Notes: generated from the letters alone by a model not told the origin. A stretch of DNA of 64,000 bases from a virus (IMGVR_UViG_3300037501_000111:276342-340341), one strand, 5' to 3'; shown: positions 30,608 to 40,988, numbered from the stretch's first letter. Made by a program: numbers and translations.

Positions 30608-31200
30608 CTCATGAAAACATATAACTTTTCTTTTATTGATGGATGTCCTGGCGATCTAGACATTCTCTATGAACAATTGACAATGGTTTACAAAAAGCAG
30701 GAGCAACGAACCGTTAAGGAAGCTGGCGAATTCTTCAAGAAGGTCCAGCAGGATGCCGAGAAGTACAAGTCCATTCCTGACAAGGATCTGGGCGGCAAGA
30801 TCAAGAAGGCGCTGGCGAAGTAGTAAAGCACATTCAAGAGAAGACTGGCGGCAATGGATAGTCCCAAAGAATTTATCCAATATATGGAGTCTTTTGGATG
30901 ATGAGCAGTATGATGCTCTTGCTCAGGAGCGTATCCAGCGCTTGAATCCAGAGCAACAAGTCATTGCTTAAGATCGTGAAGTTAAGCGTCATGAACGAGC
31001 TAAACTCTATATTAAACTACTGTATCAGTATCCTGATGTTCAAGAGATTGTCTTTGATGCACTTAGGGACATGGACGGGTATGAGTGTAAGCACGGACGT
31101 AACTACGTCAAACATTGCATTGCCTGTGGTGAGATAGACCATCTGATGTTCCCCGAACTATTCGATGCGGATGGTTTCCGTAAAGATGAATCGGAATAGA

Positions 31201-31857
31201 TTACTGAACTTCAGTTTCTTTCCATGGAATATCGGATAGCCCTGCATTGTTGGTTGTCTTCTGACTGTTAGTACAATCTACCTGACAACCAAATTCATTG
31301 CAGAATGCCTGTAATTCGGGACAGCATATGTATGGAGAGCTTTCTCCAACACTAGGATGCATCACTGATTCATATGGCCCCTCGTAATGAGAGATGCCAT
31401 TAAAATTCAGATTGAAGGCATGACCTAGTTCGTGTAGCATAACTCTACGAAATAACTCTCCATCAATAGATGGGCGTATAAATGTGTATGCAGAATGATC
31501 TTGGGCAGACCAAGTAGTCCAACCTAGATAACAGGGTCCCGGATCTCTTACATAAATCTTTATAGTATGAGAATCTAAGCTTGGTGGGTCCTGAGACATA
31601 TCCACAAAAGATAATTTATAGGATAAAGTTTGGTTTGTTTTGTCTGCCCATTCATTCAAGGCTGTTAGAATAGCTACTTTGTGTCCCTCTTGTAAATGCT
31701 CATCTGCTAGAACTGTGTAATAAGATTGAGTATTTACGGCAGGAGTAACTGGAGAACAGGGACAATCTGTCTCATTCTCATCATAACTTCCTCCACAAGC
31801 CGGCAGTAAACAAATAATAAAAGACAATAAAACCAATACAAACATAGGAGATTTCAT
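31201..31857 (-). CDS. M10/matrixin-like zinc metallopeptidase lipoprotein
   Basis: Signal peptide with LPAC lipobox; HELGHAFNL..H. Confidence 0.75.
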   Translation of the reverse strand: MKSPMFVLVLLSFIICLLPACGGSYDENETDCPCSPVTPAVNTQSYYTVLADEHLQEGHKVAILTALNEWADKTNQTLSYKLSFVDMSQDPPSLDSHTIKIYVRDPGPCYLGWTTWSAQDHSAYTFIRPSIDGELFRRVMLHELGHAFNLNFNGISHYEGPYESVMHPSVGESSPYICCPELQAFCNEFGCQVDCTNSQKTTNNAGLSDIPWKETEVQ

Positions 31858-31912
31858 TGGGTACCTATTGAATATAGGAAATGATGCCTAGTGTATTGGT
31901 ATAGTTAAGCGT

Positions 31913-32632
31913 ATGTCAGCGACATCAGCAATCCTAAATAAAATCAAGTTACTTCTCAATCTTGCTAAATCTCCTAATCCGAATGAGGCCGAGAATGCAC
32001 GAGCAATGGCTGATAAGCTTATTGCTAAGCATGGTATTACCGAAGAGGATTTAACCTCCTTAGAGCCAAAAGAATTCTATGGAGAAAAAGATAAACTATT
32101 CTCTACTACTGGTGTGGTAAGTTGGAAGCAGCAGTTAGCAGTTGCAATTGCTCACTACTTTGACTGTCAGATTGTGCAAGAAGAATTAATTCCAGCAGAG
32201 GGGTCACATCAATATGTTCACTTTGTTTACGGCGATGATGACCAAGTAAAAGATACACAATTTGTCTACCACGCTTTCTGTAAAAAAATAGATAATTTAG
32301 TAGATATCAAATGTGTAGGTCGAGGCTCCATATATGTTGAATCATATTGTGAGGGAGTGGTCGAGAGTATTAAATGGAATATTCAAATGTATGGTATTGA
32401 AGTTCCTGAGGTAAGGAAAGCAATTAAAGAGGAAGAAAAAGCTTCTCCACCAACCTCTCAATCAATAACTAAATCTGATAATGAAAAAGAACGGCCTACC
32501 GAAAACAGAATAAATATCAGTGGGCAAACCTTTATTAAAGATGTTATGGCCTATTTCAAAGGAGTAGATGATGGAAAGAATCTATCTCTACAAGACATAC
32601 TTGAGCTAGAAAGCAAGAATCAAAACAAATAG
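31913..32632 (+). CDS. DUF2786-domain protein
   Basis: ILNKIKLLLNLAKSPNPNEAENARAMADKLIAKHGI. Confidence 0.8.
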   Translation: MSATSAILNKIKLLLNLAKSPNPNEAENARAMADKLIAKHGITEEDLTSLEPKEFYGEKDKLFSTTGVVSWKQQLAVAIAHYFDCQIVQEELIPAEGSHQYVHFVYGDDDQVKDTQFVYHAFCKKIDNLVDIKCVGRGSIYVESYCEGVVESIKWNIQMYGIEVPEVRKAIKEEEKASPPTSQSITKSDNEKERPTENRINISGQTFIKDVMAYFKGVDDGKNLSLQDILELESKNQNK

Positions 32633-32640
32633 AATGAGGG

Positions 32641-32653
32641 CTCCCATTCACGG
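32641..32653 (+). promoter_or_regulatory. Dispersed motif copy 14
   Basis: Exact copy 8 nt after the stop at 32632; 14 nt before ATG 32668. Confidence 0.8.
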
Positions 32654-32667
32654 GCACGCGAACACAC

Positions 32668-32901
32668 ATGGAATATAGATTATTTAATACGGGCGATCAA
32701 ATCTGGACAAATAAAGGTCGTACTGTTAAATTTATTACACATGATGGTATGGCTTGGGAAGAGGGACAGGACAAAGTTTCCCGAGTTAATAGAATGTATT
32801 AGATGCATTCAGATGGCGGCCAAACTTGGTATGGTCAGCGTTACGGCCTATGGCAAGTAATTAAAGTAATCTCTGCTGATGGTAGAGTTTGGTCGGAATA
32901 A
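32668..32901 (+). pseudogene. Hypothetical gene with one in-frame TAG (32800)
   Basis: RMY*MHSDGGQTWYG reads as one continuous protein. Confidence 0.5.
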
Positions 32902-33723
32902 AATTCAGTTGTTACAGAGCTAGATGGCGCTGAGAAAGGTATCCACCAAATTACAACATTCTGCACCAAACTAATCTTAAAAATTCTCAAATGACTAGGA
33001 GCCTATCATTGGAGCGAAAGCTCTAATGATGGTGGAGGCGCCTGGGTACGTGTCCAGGTTGCCCTTGGTTTACCAGTTTATATCCATAAAAACTGGTTTA
33101 ATTTTTTGTCTTGCAACAGTCATATTTGAGGTTACAATATATGGTGGAGGAGTACACCACCATGAAATTATCATCAATAATCGGCGCTACAATTCTTTTC
33201 ATTTCTGCTGTAGCGCTAGCACACGATCTAACATATTTAGGTCCAATCAAAGCAAACGAAACTAAAAATGTGAAGGTTGAATTACCGGCTGGCAAGCTAG
33301 CTATTGAGGTATTTTCTTCTTCCCCAGAAACTAAATTCAATTGCCAATTCCAATCAGGATATGGTGGAGTTGTATTCGAACAAACGAACACACCCAGGTG
33401 TGTGGGTAAGGTTGTGATACAATCTGATAATAGCATGATTGTATCTGTAAAGAATCTCGGTAAAGATTCTGATTATAAAATATGGGTACATGATCAATGA
33501 TGACTGATGAAGAATGGGCTGTTCTCAAAATCAAAATTGAGAAGGATTTCATCCTTCGTTTGCAACTAGCTGAGCTAGCCGGTCGCCCCAAAATCAACAT
33601 TAAAAACTACAAAGCTTTAGAAGCTTTTGATGATTCAATTCCTGAACTATTTTTAGAGGTTTGTCTTAATAAACCAGAAAATGTTCAGGTAGCATTGGAA
33701 TTAGTAAAACAAGTGAGGTAACA

Positions 33724-34032
33724 ATGGGTGCCAGTCTTTTCTTTACATCTGCTTCCGGTTCTTCGGCAAAAGAGGCTTTTAGAGATGCAGTTAGAAATGC
33801 TGCATATGAGAGTGGGCATGGTGGATATACCGGGACCATTGCCGAAAAGAATGAGTTTGTGTTGTGTAGCCTCACAGTTTATTCCTCTTTTGATGAGGCT
33901 TATGATTTCGCCAGTCAACTCATTGACAATGATGATAAGAGAGTAAGCGATAAGTGGGGGCCGGCAGGCTGTGTAAAGTTTATGGATAATGATAAAGAGT
34001 TATACTTGTTCTTTGGATGGGCGAGCGACTAA
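33724..34032 (+). CDS. Conserved phage hypothetical protein
   Basis: GHGGYTGTIAEK..DKWGPAGC..YLFFGWA. Confidence 0.75.
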   Translation: MGASLFFTSASGSSAKEAFRDAVRNAAYESGHGGYTGTIAEKNEFVLCSLTVYSSFDEAYDFASQLIDNDDKRVSDKWGPAGCVKFMDNDKELYLFFGWASD

Positions 34033-34034
34033 CC

Positions 34035-34646
34035 ATGATTACATTCGGACTGACTGGTGGTATTGCGTGCGGTAAAAGTACCGTTACTAAAACATTTAGA
34101 GCTGCGGGTATCCCAATGGTAGATGCCGATCTTGTCGCTCGCCAGGTTGTAGAGCCGGGTACCGCTGGTTTGAATTCTGTTATCAATGCATTTGGTACAG
34201 ATTTTCTTAAGTCTGATGGTACTCTGAATCGTATTGCTTTGGGGGCGCTTATCTTCGCTAATGAGGAGGCGCGTCATCTAATTAATAAAATTATGTATCC
34301 TCTGATCAGCGAGGAATCGGCCGCGCAAATTAAAAAATTGCACGATGCTGGTGAGGTACTGGTAGGGTATGATGCTGCCTTGATCTGTGAGATGGGTAAT
34401 GATAAAAAATACCGCCCGCTAATTGTTGTGCATTGTCCGCGAGTTACACAAGTCGCTCGCCTTATGTCGCGAAATTCGTTGACACGCGATGAGGCGATGG
34501 CTAGAATTGAAGCTCAGATGCCGGTTGAAGAAAAAATGGCCTTGGCTGATTACCTGATTGATACTTCGGGTACGATTGAGAATTCAGTTAATCAGACTCA
34601 GAAGATTATTGAGAGCCTACAAGATTTAATTCCCAAATCTTTTTAG
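34035..34646 (+). CDS. coaE: Dephospho-CoA kinase
   Basis: GLTGGIACGKSTV P-loop, DADLVAR, LNRIALG, DAAL, R..AQMP. Confidence 0.92.
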   Translation: MITFGLTGGIACGKSTVTKTFRAAGIPMVDADLVARQVVEPGTAGLNSVINAFGTDFLKSDGTLNRIALGALIFANEEARHLINKIMYPLISEESAAQIKKLHDAGEVLVGYDAALICEMGNDKKYRPLIVVHCPRVTQVARLMSRNSLTRDEAMARIEAQMPVEEKMALADYLIDTSGTIENSVNQTQKIIESLQDLIPKSF

Positions 34647-35375
34647 ATACTGCTTTGTAAGATTTCCCAATAGCATTTGCTACTACTTGGAGCGGTTCTC
34701 CATAATGATCCTTGAGATATTTTATTTGTTCTTCTGTCCACCATCGAGATGATGGCGTGTAAAAATCAGAATAAAAAATATCTTTCTTTCGTTTAAGGGC
34801 AGAGCCGCCCGAAGCATACATCAAATCACGAATGGCAATAGCTGAATTAGCTTCAGCATCTAAAACGTAAGTGATAAACTTACCTTTATTCTTAATTCTA
34901 GTTCTACCATGACCAATGATAGTTTTAACATCATCCAAAAAATTAATCGAGCCAGAACAAATTCCAAACTCGATTGTATTTCTGCGACAAGTAATCCAAC
35001 CATCTCCATCAAATAGTCCCCTCAAATAATCTCCTAAAAATTGTTGAGGGATATCAAAATCTAATCTGATAGTAAAAGTTTTATTTGGAATTACATTGTA
35101 TTTTTGTAATGATTGAATTAGTTTAACAGAATTAATTCTTAGTCTACAATATTTTCGATCCTTCTTTTTAGTAATTTTGATTGGTGCAGTTGGCACAATT
35201 TGTTGTTGAATAAATTCTAAACTTCTTTATCTCGCATTTGAAGCTCGATTGACAGAGAAGTTTGTTGTTTATTAACGCCTCCATCTGCCGAAATAAAACC
35301 AAGTATGTAAGCCATTTCATGGCTCCAAGTTTCAAAATAATCCTCTTTTACATCATAAATTCTTTTTCTACCCAT
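34606..35375 (-). pseudogene. LAGLIDADG homing endonuclease, frameshifted
   Basis: YILGFISADGG and YLRGLFDGDG motifs; one missing T near 35218 splits it into two ORFs. Confidence 0.8.
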
Positions 35376-35952
35376 GACCGACTCTAAAATTGAAAAACTT
35401 AAAGTTTTGCAAGACCAAGTATCTATTTGTACAAAATGTGATCTCTGTAAAACTCGTATACAAACGGTGTTTGCGAGGGGTAATCCCAATTCATATATAA
35501 TACTGGTTGGCGAAGCTGCGGGTGAGGAAGAAGATAAATTAGGACTTCCTTTTGTGGGTAGGTCTGGTAAACTTCTGGATGAAACTATTACTCAGCTTGG
35601 GCTTGACCCAACTAAAGATATCTATGTCTGCAATATCATCAAATGCCGACCACCAGGTAATAGGCGTCCCGAGGATACAGAAGTAAATTCCTGTATCAGT
35701 TATCTGGAAGAACAGATTCAGATTGTATCTCCTAAAGTTATTATAGCTTTAGGAAGTACTGCGGTTGATTCTTTGTTACCTGCCAATACATTTGGCATCA
35801 CGAAGATCCGTGGGAAATTCTTTAAGTACAACAAAGTTCCACTGATTCCTACCTATCATCCTAGCTATGTGCTACGCAATGGAAGTAAGGGACCAGTCTA
35901 TGACGATTTCAAAAGGGATTTGGAATCGGCAATCAACAAATCGAGGGAATAG
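35374..35952 (+). CDS. Uracil-DNA glycosylase family 4
   Basis: CTKCDLC, GEAAGEEED, PFVGRSG, KCRPPGNRRP, HPSY. Confidence 0.93.
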   Translation: MTDSKIEKLKVLQDQVSICTKCDLCKTRIQTVFARGNPNSYIILVGEAAGEEEDKLGLPFVGRSGKLLDETITQLGLDPTKDIYVCNIIKCRPPGNRRPEDTEVNSCISYLEEQIQIVSPKVIIALGSTAVDSLLPANTFGITKIRGKFFKYNKVPLIPTYHPSYVLRNGSKGPVYDDFKRDLESAINKSRE

Positions 35953-35954
35953 AT

Positions 35955-36488
35955 ATGAGACTAAAGCAATGGAAAATTGGGGACCGTGTTCAAAAGTTTG
36001 AACGAAAAGATGGTAAGGAAGTTATTCATGTAGGCGTAATCAGTGATGTTGTTACTGAAACACGCGAGAGGAATAACTATGACCTATATGGTGGTTATGG
36101 CTATGATTCCCAGAAGAAAACGACTGAAACTTATGTTAAATCTATCTCTGTTAAATGGGATGATGGTACTGAAGAAGTTGGCTTGAACACCTGGGACGTT
36201 CAGTCAGAAGACTCTCCGTTGGAGCGCGAGTTTCGTATTAAGGCTGCGGAAGTCATTAGTATGATTGATGATAAATTATCTATTGCTGCAAAGGCAATTG
36301 ATGAAGCCGAGGCAATTGCTGAAGAACATGGCATCTCATTCTTTGCTAGCGTGTCTCCGATTGGTCAAAGTTATATAGCCGAATCAGCTGATGAAAAATG
36401 GCCAGGTATTTCTAAAGAATTTAGAAATGAAGTCACTCATTCATATGGTGAGTACAGTGGATGGCAACACAGTGACGTATGTTACTAG
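35955..36488 (+). CDS. Paralog family B protein
   Basis: VKWDDG..LEREF..AAKAIDEA..GWQHSDVCY. Confidence 0.75.
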   Translation: MRLKQWKIGDRVQKFERKDGKEVIHVGVISDVVTETRERNNYDLYGGYGYDSQKKTTETYVKSISVKWDDGTEEVGLNTWDVQSEDSPLEREFRIKAAEVISMIDDKLSIAAKAIDEAEAIAEEHGISFFASVSPIGQSYIAESADEKWPGISKEFRNEVTHSYGEYSGWQHSDVCY

Positions 36489-36824
36489 CATGAAAGTTAG
36501 TGAACTAAAGAAATTACTTGCTGATGTTCCTGATGATATGGAAGTAGTTGTGAGTGGTGGTGATCATTCTTACAATTGTGTGGGTCGTGGTACTGGCATA
36601 ATTGAAGTTGAATACTTTCCCAAGCATCTGATGACGGCAGATACTAATGAAGTTCAAAATTACAGTTGAACATGTCATCAGAGAAGAATATGAGATGGTC
36701 TTCGAAGATGAAAACATAATGCGGGCTTTTGATAAAGCCCGCGAGCTAGTGGCCGCCCGAAACAAAACAGTACGGGCGGGAAAATTTTTTGTTACCAAAA
36801 TATCAGAAGTAAAGGAAGAATAAT

Positions 36825-37157
36825 ATGACTTATCGAGTTCAATATCTCAAGGATCAGAATGGTCACTATGTTGGTTGTATTGCTATCAAGGAGAATCTCG
36901 CTCACAAAGGAGCTAAGACTATGGTGGTAGAGTATCGAGTCTCTACTGTTAATCCGTCTGATTCCTTTGATAAGGACGTGGCTCGACAGTTGGCTATTGG
37001 TCGGCTCGTGGAAGCTCCTTATACCGTGCGAGTAAAGGCGGGAGCTAATTTGTACGAGATTAGCAATGTTATCATGGCAGATATCACTGCTGATTCAACT
37101 GCTCCGTCTCGTACTCGTCGAGCAGCTAAGAACTGGCTCCGTAGCAATTCGAAGTAA
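36825..37157 (+). CDS. Conserved phage hypothetical protein
   Basis: VGCIAI..DSFDKDVARQLAIGRL. Confidence 0.7.
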   Translation: MTYRVQYLKDQNGHYVGCIAIKENLAHKGAKTMVVEYRVSTVNPSDSFDKDVARQLAIGRLVEAPYTVRVKAGANLYEISNVIMADITADSTAPSRTRRAAKNWLRSNSK

Positions 37158-37159
37158 AC

Positions 37160-37172
37160 CTCCCATTCACAG
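37160..37172 (+). promoter_or_regulatory. Dispersed motif copy 15 (CTCCCATTCACAG)
   Basis: 2 nt after the stop at 37157. Confidence 0.75.
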
Positions 37173-37239
37173 GCCCCGGCAGCCTATAGATACCGGTTCA
37201 CAAGTAATATAAGACTCATACTCTCTAGGAGAATATACA

Positions 37240-37593
37240 ATGGATAAGCGACAGGCAATTCAGCAGCATATCGAAAAGGCTCTCAATGAAATTCGTGTTC
37301 AAATCTTTGATAAGGCTGCTGTTCGCATCCTTGCTCTCAAGGATGACGAGAAGGTTCCGGCAACGAAGTTGGCTGAGGATCTGGGCCGCGAAATCATCCA
37401 GGATGATGGTAAGCCTATGACGGGTCCACAGGTGTATCCTACTCTCAAGTTTTTCTTGAAGGGACTCCCTTGTTTTGAAATTACGCGTGGCGCACATGGT
37501 GGTATCAAACCGCTCAAGCAAAACGCAGCTCCCCTTGCACAGCCCGATGCTGATGCGAATGATGGGGATTCAAAGACGATCATCCCACAATAA
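37240..37593 (+). CDS. Winged-helix-like protein (distant family A)
   Basis: KVPATKLAEDLG..FEITRGAHGGI wing-like motif. Confidence 0.65.
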   Translation: MDKRQAIQQHIEKALNEIRVQIFDKAAVRILALKDDEKVPATKLAEDLGREIIQDDGKPMTGPQVYPTLKFFLKGLPCFEITRGAHGGIKPLKQNAAPLAQPDADANDGDSKTIIPQ

Positions 37594-37671
37594 TGTGGGA
37601 TATCCTTGATAGGCTATATAGTATAGCCCTATCATGTTCGTGTGTAACCAAATCCATATAGGAGAATTACA

Positions 37672-38022
37672 ATGGATAAGTTTACGAAGCGTGGTACGGA
37701 TGGTTCGGTTGACGTGACGGCGAGTGCGGCGGCTTATGCTGAAGCACTTACTGAGTGGTGTGCGGAGAATGAGATTCCCGCTGAGCAAATTGAGGCGGCG
37801 GTCAATGCCGTTCTCGATGCGCATGCGGGCAAGCGCATACCTATGCCTGCTTTCTTGAGCCTTGCGGTTCAGGAATTGGGCGGAACCCCTAAGACCTTTG
37901 CGGTCCTCAGTGATCGGGTTCATGCCTATGTCACTGGCCAAGCGAAGGCTGAACAGCTCTTCGTGGTTAAGGGCAAGGGTGGTGGTGTCACTCGCGAACG
38001 TCCGGTGAAGAAGGGCGCGTGA
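37672..38022 (+). CDS. Paralog family A protein
   Basis: DGSVDVTAS..IPMP..FAVLSDRVHAY..KGKGGG. Confidence 0.8.
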   Translation: MDKFTKRGTDGSVDVTASAAAYAEALTEWCAENEIPAEQIEAAVNAVLDAHAGKRIPMPAFLSLAVQELGGTPKTFAVLSDRVHAYVTGQAKAEQLFVVKGKGGGVTRERPVKKGA

Positions 38023-38127
38023 GCGTTCAATTTGCAGCAAATGCAACCGTGAGTTTGCAAGTTTAGTAACGGGACCTTCAAGGTTGAAAAAACTTGCACC
38101 ATACTTATCTTTATTGGAGTAATAGAG

Positions 38128-38469
38128 ATGAATCTCTTGAATGCGCAATTAGGTGATGTTTTTAGAGTATTTCTTGATGGAGAGGGTAATATTACCTCAT
38201 CATCTGGTATGAAAACTATGTTGGCTACTGTAATATCCAGTTGGATGCTATGATAGAGGTGGTGCTGGTAGCATAGAAAATGACTATATTCCCAATCACC
38301 ATGAGTATAGATGGGGCAAAAGTTACTAGACTGTTACCAGTTGCTGTACAAATTTTTAACGGACTAGATGGCTTTCCTTGTAAGAAATGTACAAACTTTT
38401 TTCCCACTCTCTGAACCAAATCAAAAAGACGGAACGCTTGTCTGCTGGTCATGCCGGAACGGGCGATAA
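38128..38469 (+). pseudogene. Broken family C Zn-ribbon gene
   Basis: After frameshift correction the C-terminus reads CKKC..SEPNQKDGTLVCWSC. Confidence 0.55.
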
Positions 38470-38763
38470 CAAAACAAGGCATAGGAAAACAACATGAACA
38501 TTGAAGACCTAGAAGAGGCCCTGGACGAACTGTTTCCGGAGCGTAACTTCTCAATTGAGACTGATAACCACGGACAGATCGTTATCTATACTGGCCTTAA
38601 GCAAGAGGACGATGGAGAACTGGTTACTTTTGATGTAGAAGAAGATGAAGACTTCGATCCTGACACTGAGCCTTTGGAGGACGAAGACCTTGATGACGAT
38701 GACTAAACTCGTAATCAATCATAATTATTAAGCGATATAGGTCTCTATAAACAGGAGACCTAT

Positions 38764-39108
38764 ATGACTAACTCAAATAATTCTGGAAATAATTGTTCAT
38801 CTCAAGGCCAGAATGGCCAAACATTTACCGTTAACGGAAACTGGGTAACTATTCCAATTAATACTACTGGCACCGGAAACTGTGCTGGTACTTGGGTAGT
38901 GCCTGGCCAAACGTATACAATCACTGTAGGTGGCGGTGGTGGCTATCAAATCTCTTTTGATGATATTGATTTAGCAGTGCCAGTCGAAGAAAAGAAAGAA
39001 AATTCTGAAGGCTGCACTTGCAAAAAATGTAAAGAATTCTACCAGTACGCCGAACCTAACCAAGAAGATGGAACTCTAATCTGCTATGGATGCAGAATGG
39101 TGTGGTAA
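38764..39108 (+). CDS. Protein with C-terminal Zn ribbon (family C)
   Basis: CTCKKC..AEPNQEDGTLICYGC. Confidence 0.75.
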   Translation: MTNSNNSGNNCSSQGQNGQTFTVNGNWVTIPINTTGTGNCAGTWVVPGQTYTITVGGGGGYQISFDDIDLAVPVEEKKENSEGCTCKKCKEFYQYAEPNQEDGTLICYGCRMVW

Positions 39109-39264
39109 ATGAATGCTTTAGAAAGTTTAGAAAAAGAAGTCGCTGATCAGAACGCAGATACGAAAATGATTATTATTACGGGGATGGATCAGATTCTGAA
39201 CGTAGGGTTAAGGGTATAATCCTTTCATTGACTGAGAAAATTAAGGAAGCAAGTAGAAATTATT

Positions 39265-39747
39265 ATGTCGCAAAACACCGATACAACGAGCCAGACCAGC
39301 ACCAGCGAGGGTGTACTTGCCGAGGTTGCAACTGCATTGCGGGGCTCAGTGGCGGAAGTTCGGGGACGTCTAGTCAAATCACTGACAGAGCGTGAGCTTG
39401 TCAAGCGAGTTGAACTTTTGGAGAAGGGGCTCGCTAAGCGGACCCAGCTCCAAAGTGAATTGAACGCAATCAAACCTCCGGTCAAGAAGACCTTTGCTCT
39501 GGTTGATGGAAAGATGGTTGAAGTCCAGTCTTTCTATACTCAGGAAGAGGTCAAGAAGCATGAGAGTGAAACCAAACAGTACAATAAGAAGCTGAAGGAG
39601 GCAACTGAAAAACTTGCCAAATTCGAGAAACTCTTTGATGCCGCCCTTAGTGGTGACCCCGAGAGGCTAACTGAATCCTTTGCCAAACTGGCTAAGGTTG
39701 TTGGCGGCGGTGCTGTGGATGAGGAAGAGAAGAAAGAAGAAGAGTGA
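39265..39747 (+). CDS. Coiled-coil hypothetical protein
   Basis: 160-aa ORF. Confidence 0.7.
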   Translation: MSQNTDTTSQTSTSEGVLAEVATALRGSVAEVRGRLVKSLTERELVKRVELLEKGLAKRTQLQSELNAIKPPVKKTFALVDGKMVEVQSFYTQEEVKKHESETKQYNKKLKEATEKLAKFEKLFDAALSGDPERLTESFAKLAKVVGGGAVDEEEKKEEE

Positions 39748-40142
39748 GGCAATATACCATAGCTAGTCTGTGGTAATCTGCAGCCTAGCTATGGAGTAAC
39801 TAAGGATACTTACAATGGATATGGATTTCAAAAATCGCATTACAAGAAGCGATTTACATGCAGTATCTAATCTAGCAGAAGATACTTGTGCGGAACCTGG
39901 TTGTGAAATGACTATTCTAGTCGATAAGGATCTCAAAGAGCAGGATCGTAAATCACGATGCATTGCTTGTATGATGCGTAATAAAATTGCATCAGGAAAA
40001 ATTCTATGAGTATCTTACTCTGGTACATCGTACTATCATACCTGGCAGTGGTCGCTTTATTTGCGATTGAAACATATCATGCACTGAAGAACGAAGAGTA
40101 TCATTTGCTCGGATTCGGTATTGTCCTGCTTTTGCTGTCCCC

Positions 40143-40170
40143 TTGACAGCCTGGCATGGTGTGTTACATT
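40143..40170 (+). promoter_or_regulatory. Sigma70-like promoter
   Basis: TTGACA-N16-TACATT. Confidence 0.4.
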
Positions 40171-40213
40171 ATCTAGCGCTTAATCTGGCAGAAGCGCTGA
40201 AACTTCTCGGCTG

Positions 40214-40230
40214 TTGATATATTTAGCTGT
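40214..40230 (+). promoter_or_regulatory. Extended -10-like promoter for a leaderless HNH mRNA
   Basis: TTGATATAT-N8-ATG; same spacing at 31896, 46366 and 52974(-). Confidence 0.6.
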
Positions 40231-40722
40231 ATGGCAGCTAAGCGTTCGAGTAAAATATGGGAAATAAATAAGGAGGATTTGATAAATTTAGTAATAAAAT
40301 CCTCCTCTTATAAAGAAGTTTTAAACCATTTTGGTTTAGAAAATAAAGGGAACAATTTTAAAACTCTACGTCATAGAATGATTGAGGAGCAAATAGATTT
40401 CAGTCATTTCAAATCTCGTAGAGATTTCTTGAAACCTTTTCAAGAGGCCCTTCCATTAGAAATTATCCTAATAGAAAATTCTTCGTTCAATAGAACCCAT
40501 CTTAAAAATAGACTATTGAAAAACGGTTTTCTTAAAAATGAATGTTATATCTGTGGCCAGCTTCCTGTATGGAATAATAAACCACTATCATTACAGCTTG
40601 ACCATATCAATGGTATAAGTAATGATAATAGAATTGAGAACCTAAGAATTTTGTGCCCACATTGTCATTCACAAACAGAAAACTTTGCAGGTAAAAACAA
40701 ACATAGGCAAACTAAGATATAA
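40231..40722 (+). CDS. HNH homing endonuclease
   Basis: ECYICG..LQLDHINGISNDNRIENLRILCPHCH. Confidence 0.93.
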   Translation: MAAKRSSKIWEINKEDLINLVIKSSSYKEVLNHFGLENKGNNFKTLRHRMIEEQIDFSHFKSRRDFLKPFQEALPLEIILIENSSFNRTHLKNRLLKNGFLKNECYICGQLPVWNNKPLSLQLDHINGISNDNRIENLRILCPHCHSQTENFAGKNKHRQTKI

Positions 40723-40732
40723 TAATAGTAAT

Positions 40733-40808
40733 TGGGGATTAATTCAATTGGCAGAAATTTGGACTTTGAATCCAAAAGTTATACGTTCGAATCGTATATC
40801 CCCAGCCA
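40733..40808 (+). tRNA. tRNA-Gln (TTG)
   Basis: TGGGGAT/ATCCCCA; TTGGA-CTTTGAA-TCCAA; TTCGAAT; GCCA end. Confidence 0.92.
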
Positions 40809-40900
40809 GATAGAGTGGTGGAATAATACACAGCCTCATTATAGCGAGGCTGCCTTTGCTAGCAAAAGGCATGCAGATGCGAATCCCGTCTCTATTACCA
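40809..40900 (+). tRNA. Atypical class II tRNA-like gene (anticodon unresolved)
   Basis: GATAGAG/CTCTATT+ACCA; 8-nt anticodon loop ATTATAGC; long variable hairpin; T-loop TGCGAAT with a poor stem. Confidence 0.55.
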
Positions 40901-40902
40901 AT

Positions 40903-40988
40903 GGCCGTATGGCGGAATGGCATACGCAGTTGACTTAAAATCAACGGCCCTTAAGGGCGTGGGGGTTCGAGTCCCTCTACGGCTACCA
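40903..40988 (+). tRNA. tRNA-Leu (TAA)
   Basis: GGCCGTA/TACGGCT; GTTGA-CTTAAAA-TCAAC; variable arm; TTCGAGT; ACCA. Confidence 0.93.

Noticed and set aside
40175-40198. tRNA 5' half split by the HNH gene (AGCGCTT-aatctggcag-AAGCGCT)
   Set aside because: It is a simple hairpin with no anticodon arm and no matching 3' half downstream.
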